NCBI GenBank assembly: GCA_030704615.1
Contig: CM060734.1
Coordinates: 7,378,001-7,442,000 of the forward strand
DNA from: Takakia lepidozioides
Taxonomy: Eukaryota > Plantae > Bryophyta
Direction of reading: 5' to 3'
Length of the DNA stretch: 64,000 nt
Shown piece by piece: positions 63,361-64,000 of the stretch (its first letter is position 1; every line of letters begins with the position of its first letter). The position numbers and the translations under genes are program-made. Under the pieces are notes generated by a model. That model searched no databases. It was not told the origin of the DNA and saw nothing but the letters and a program-made list of their open reading frames with translations.

Positions 63361-64000
63361 GGCTGGGGGGTTGACGAACCCTGAGCACGCGCGGTCAGGG
63401 TGACGGCATAGTAGTCTAGGGGGGCCGAGGTAAGTTGCGATGTAGGTTGGGCTCACTGAACCGCCTACCCGACTGCGGTTAGTGCAGGGGGTCCGTGGTC
63501 GTACATGGTGGCTATGATCACTATCTAAGTCCTACCGGCAAAGAGAAATCACGTACTCCTCTTCAGTCTTCACAGGGCGAGTTTTCATTTCTAAGTCCTA
63601 CGGTATCCTACAATCTACTCAGTAACTGCCTTCCAAGTCTTTGTGTTTTATTGTCTAATTCCTACCACCTAGGCCCCCGAGCCGCCTATAGCCGAGACAT
63701 GTTTTAATCCCTTCACAAGGCACCTGCCGAGCCTAGGGAGAAGAGGGAAAATCGTCATTTTCCAATGCCCCTCCTTCGCCGAGGGCTTGAGTTCAAGTCA
63801 CCTCTAAATGGAAGGGCCAACGCTTCCTACCCCAGTGCCTAAATACTTTGTGTTAGCAAAGGAGTGGCCAAAATGCCTATCGTCATCCAATAGGTTCACT
63901 CAATTCAATAAGGTGGTTCTAAGCCCTTCAACTCAACAAGTTTTATCAGTTTAATCAACGCCTTGCAGGCTATAACGAGCACCACGTGCATCTATCCTAT

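Overview
Eukaryotic (land-plant, probably non-seed plant; species not determinable) genomic DNA. One host gene (1.6-14.7 kb, minus strand; plant SCS/ADA3-like SAGA subunit family, with stacked LINE insertions in one intron) is followed by about 47 kb of nested transposons. The highlight is an 11.3-kb Mutator-like (MULE) element at 20363-31677 with imperfect TIRs and a perfect 9-bp TSD (CGATGCAAA). It carries a GCM-like/DDE/SWIM transposase and, divergently, a multi-exon gene fusing a ParB/sulfiredoxin-like domain (DGNHR) to a C-terminal beta-class N4C/N6A DNA-methyltransferase-like domain. About 11 copies of a 22-24 bp palindrome lie in that gene's introns. Two more diverged ParB(-MTase) paralogues sharing an intron position, a second transposase fragment, palindromic tandem arrays and related termini indicate a family. 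Also present: a CACTA-like element carrying a truncated SET-domain ORF (two opposite-orientation copies), an L1 relic, a Ty3/gypsy element with a large extra ORF, and a Dualen/RandI-like RNase H + RLE fragment. All domain calls are by eye from motifs; no searches were run.
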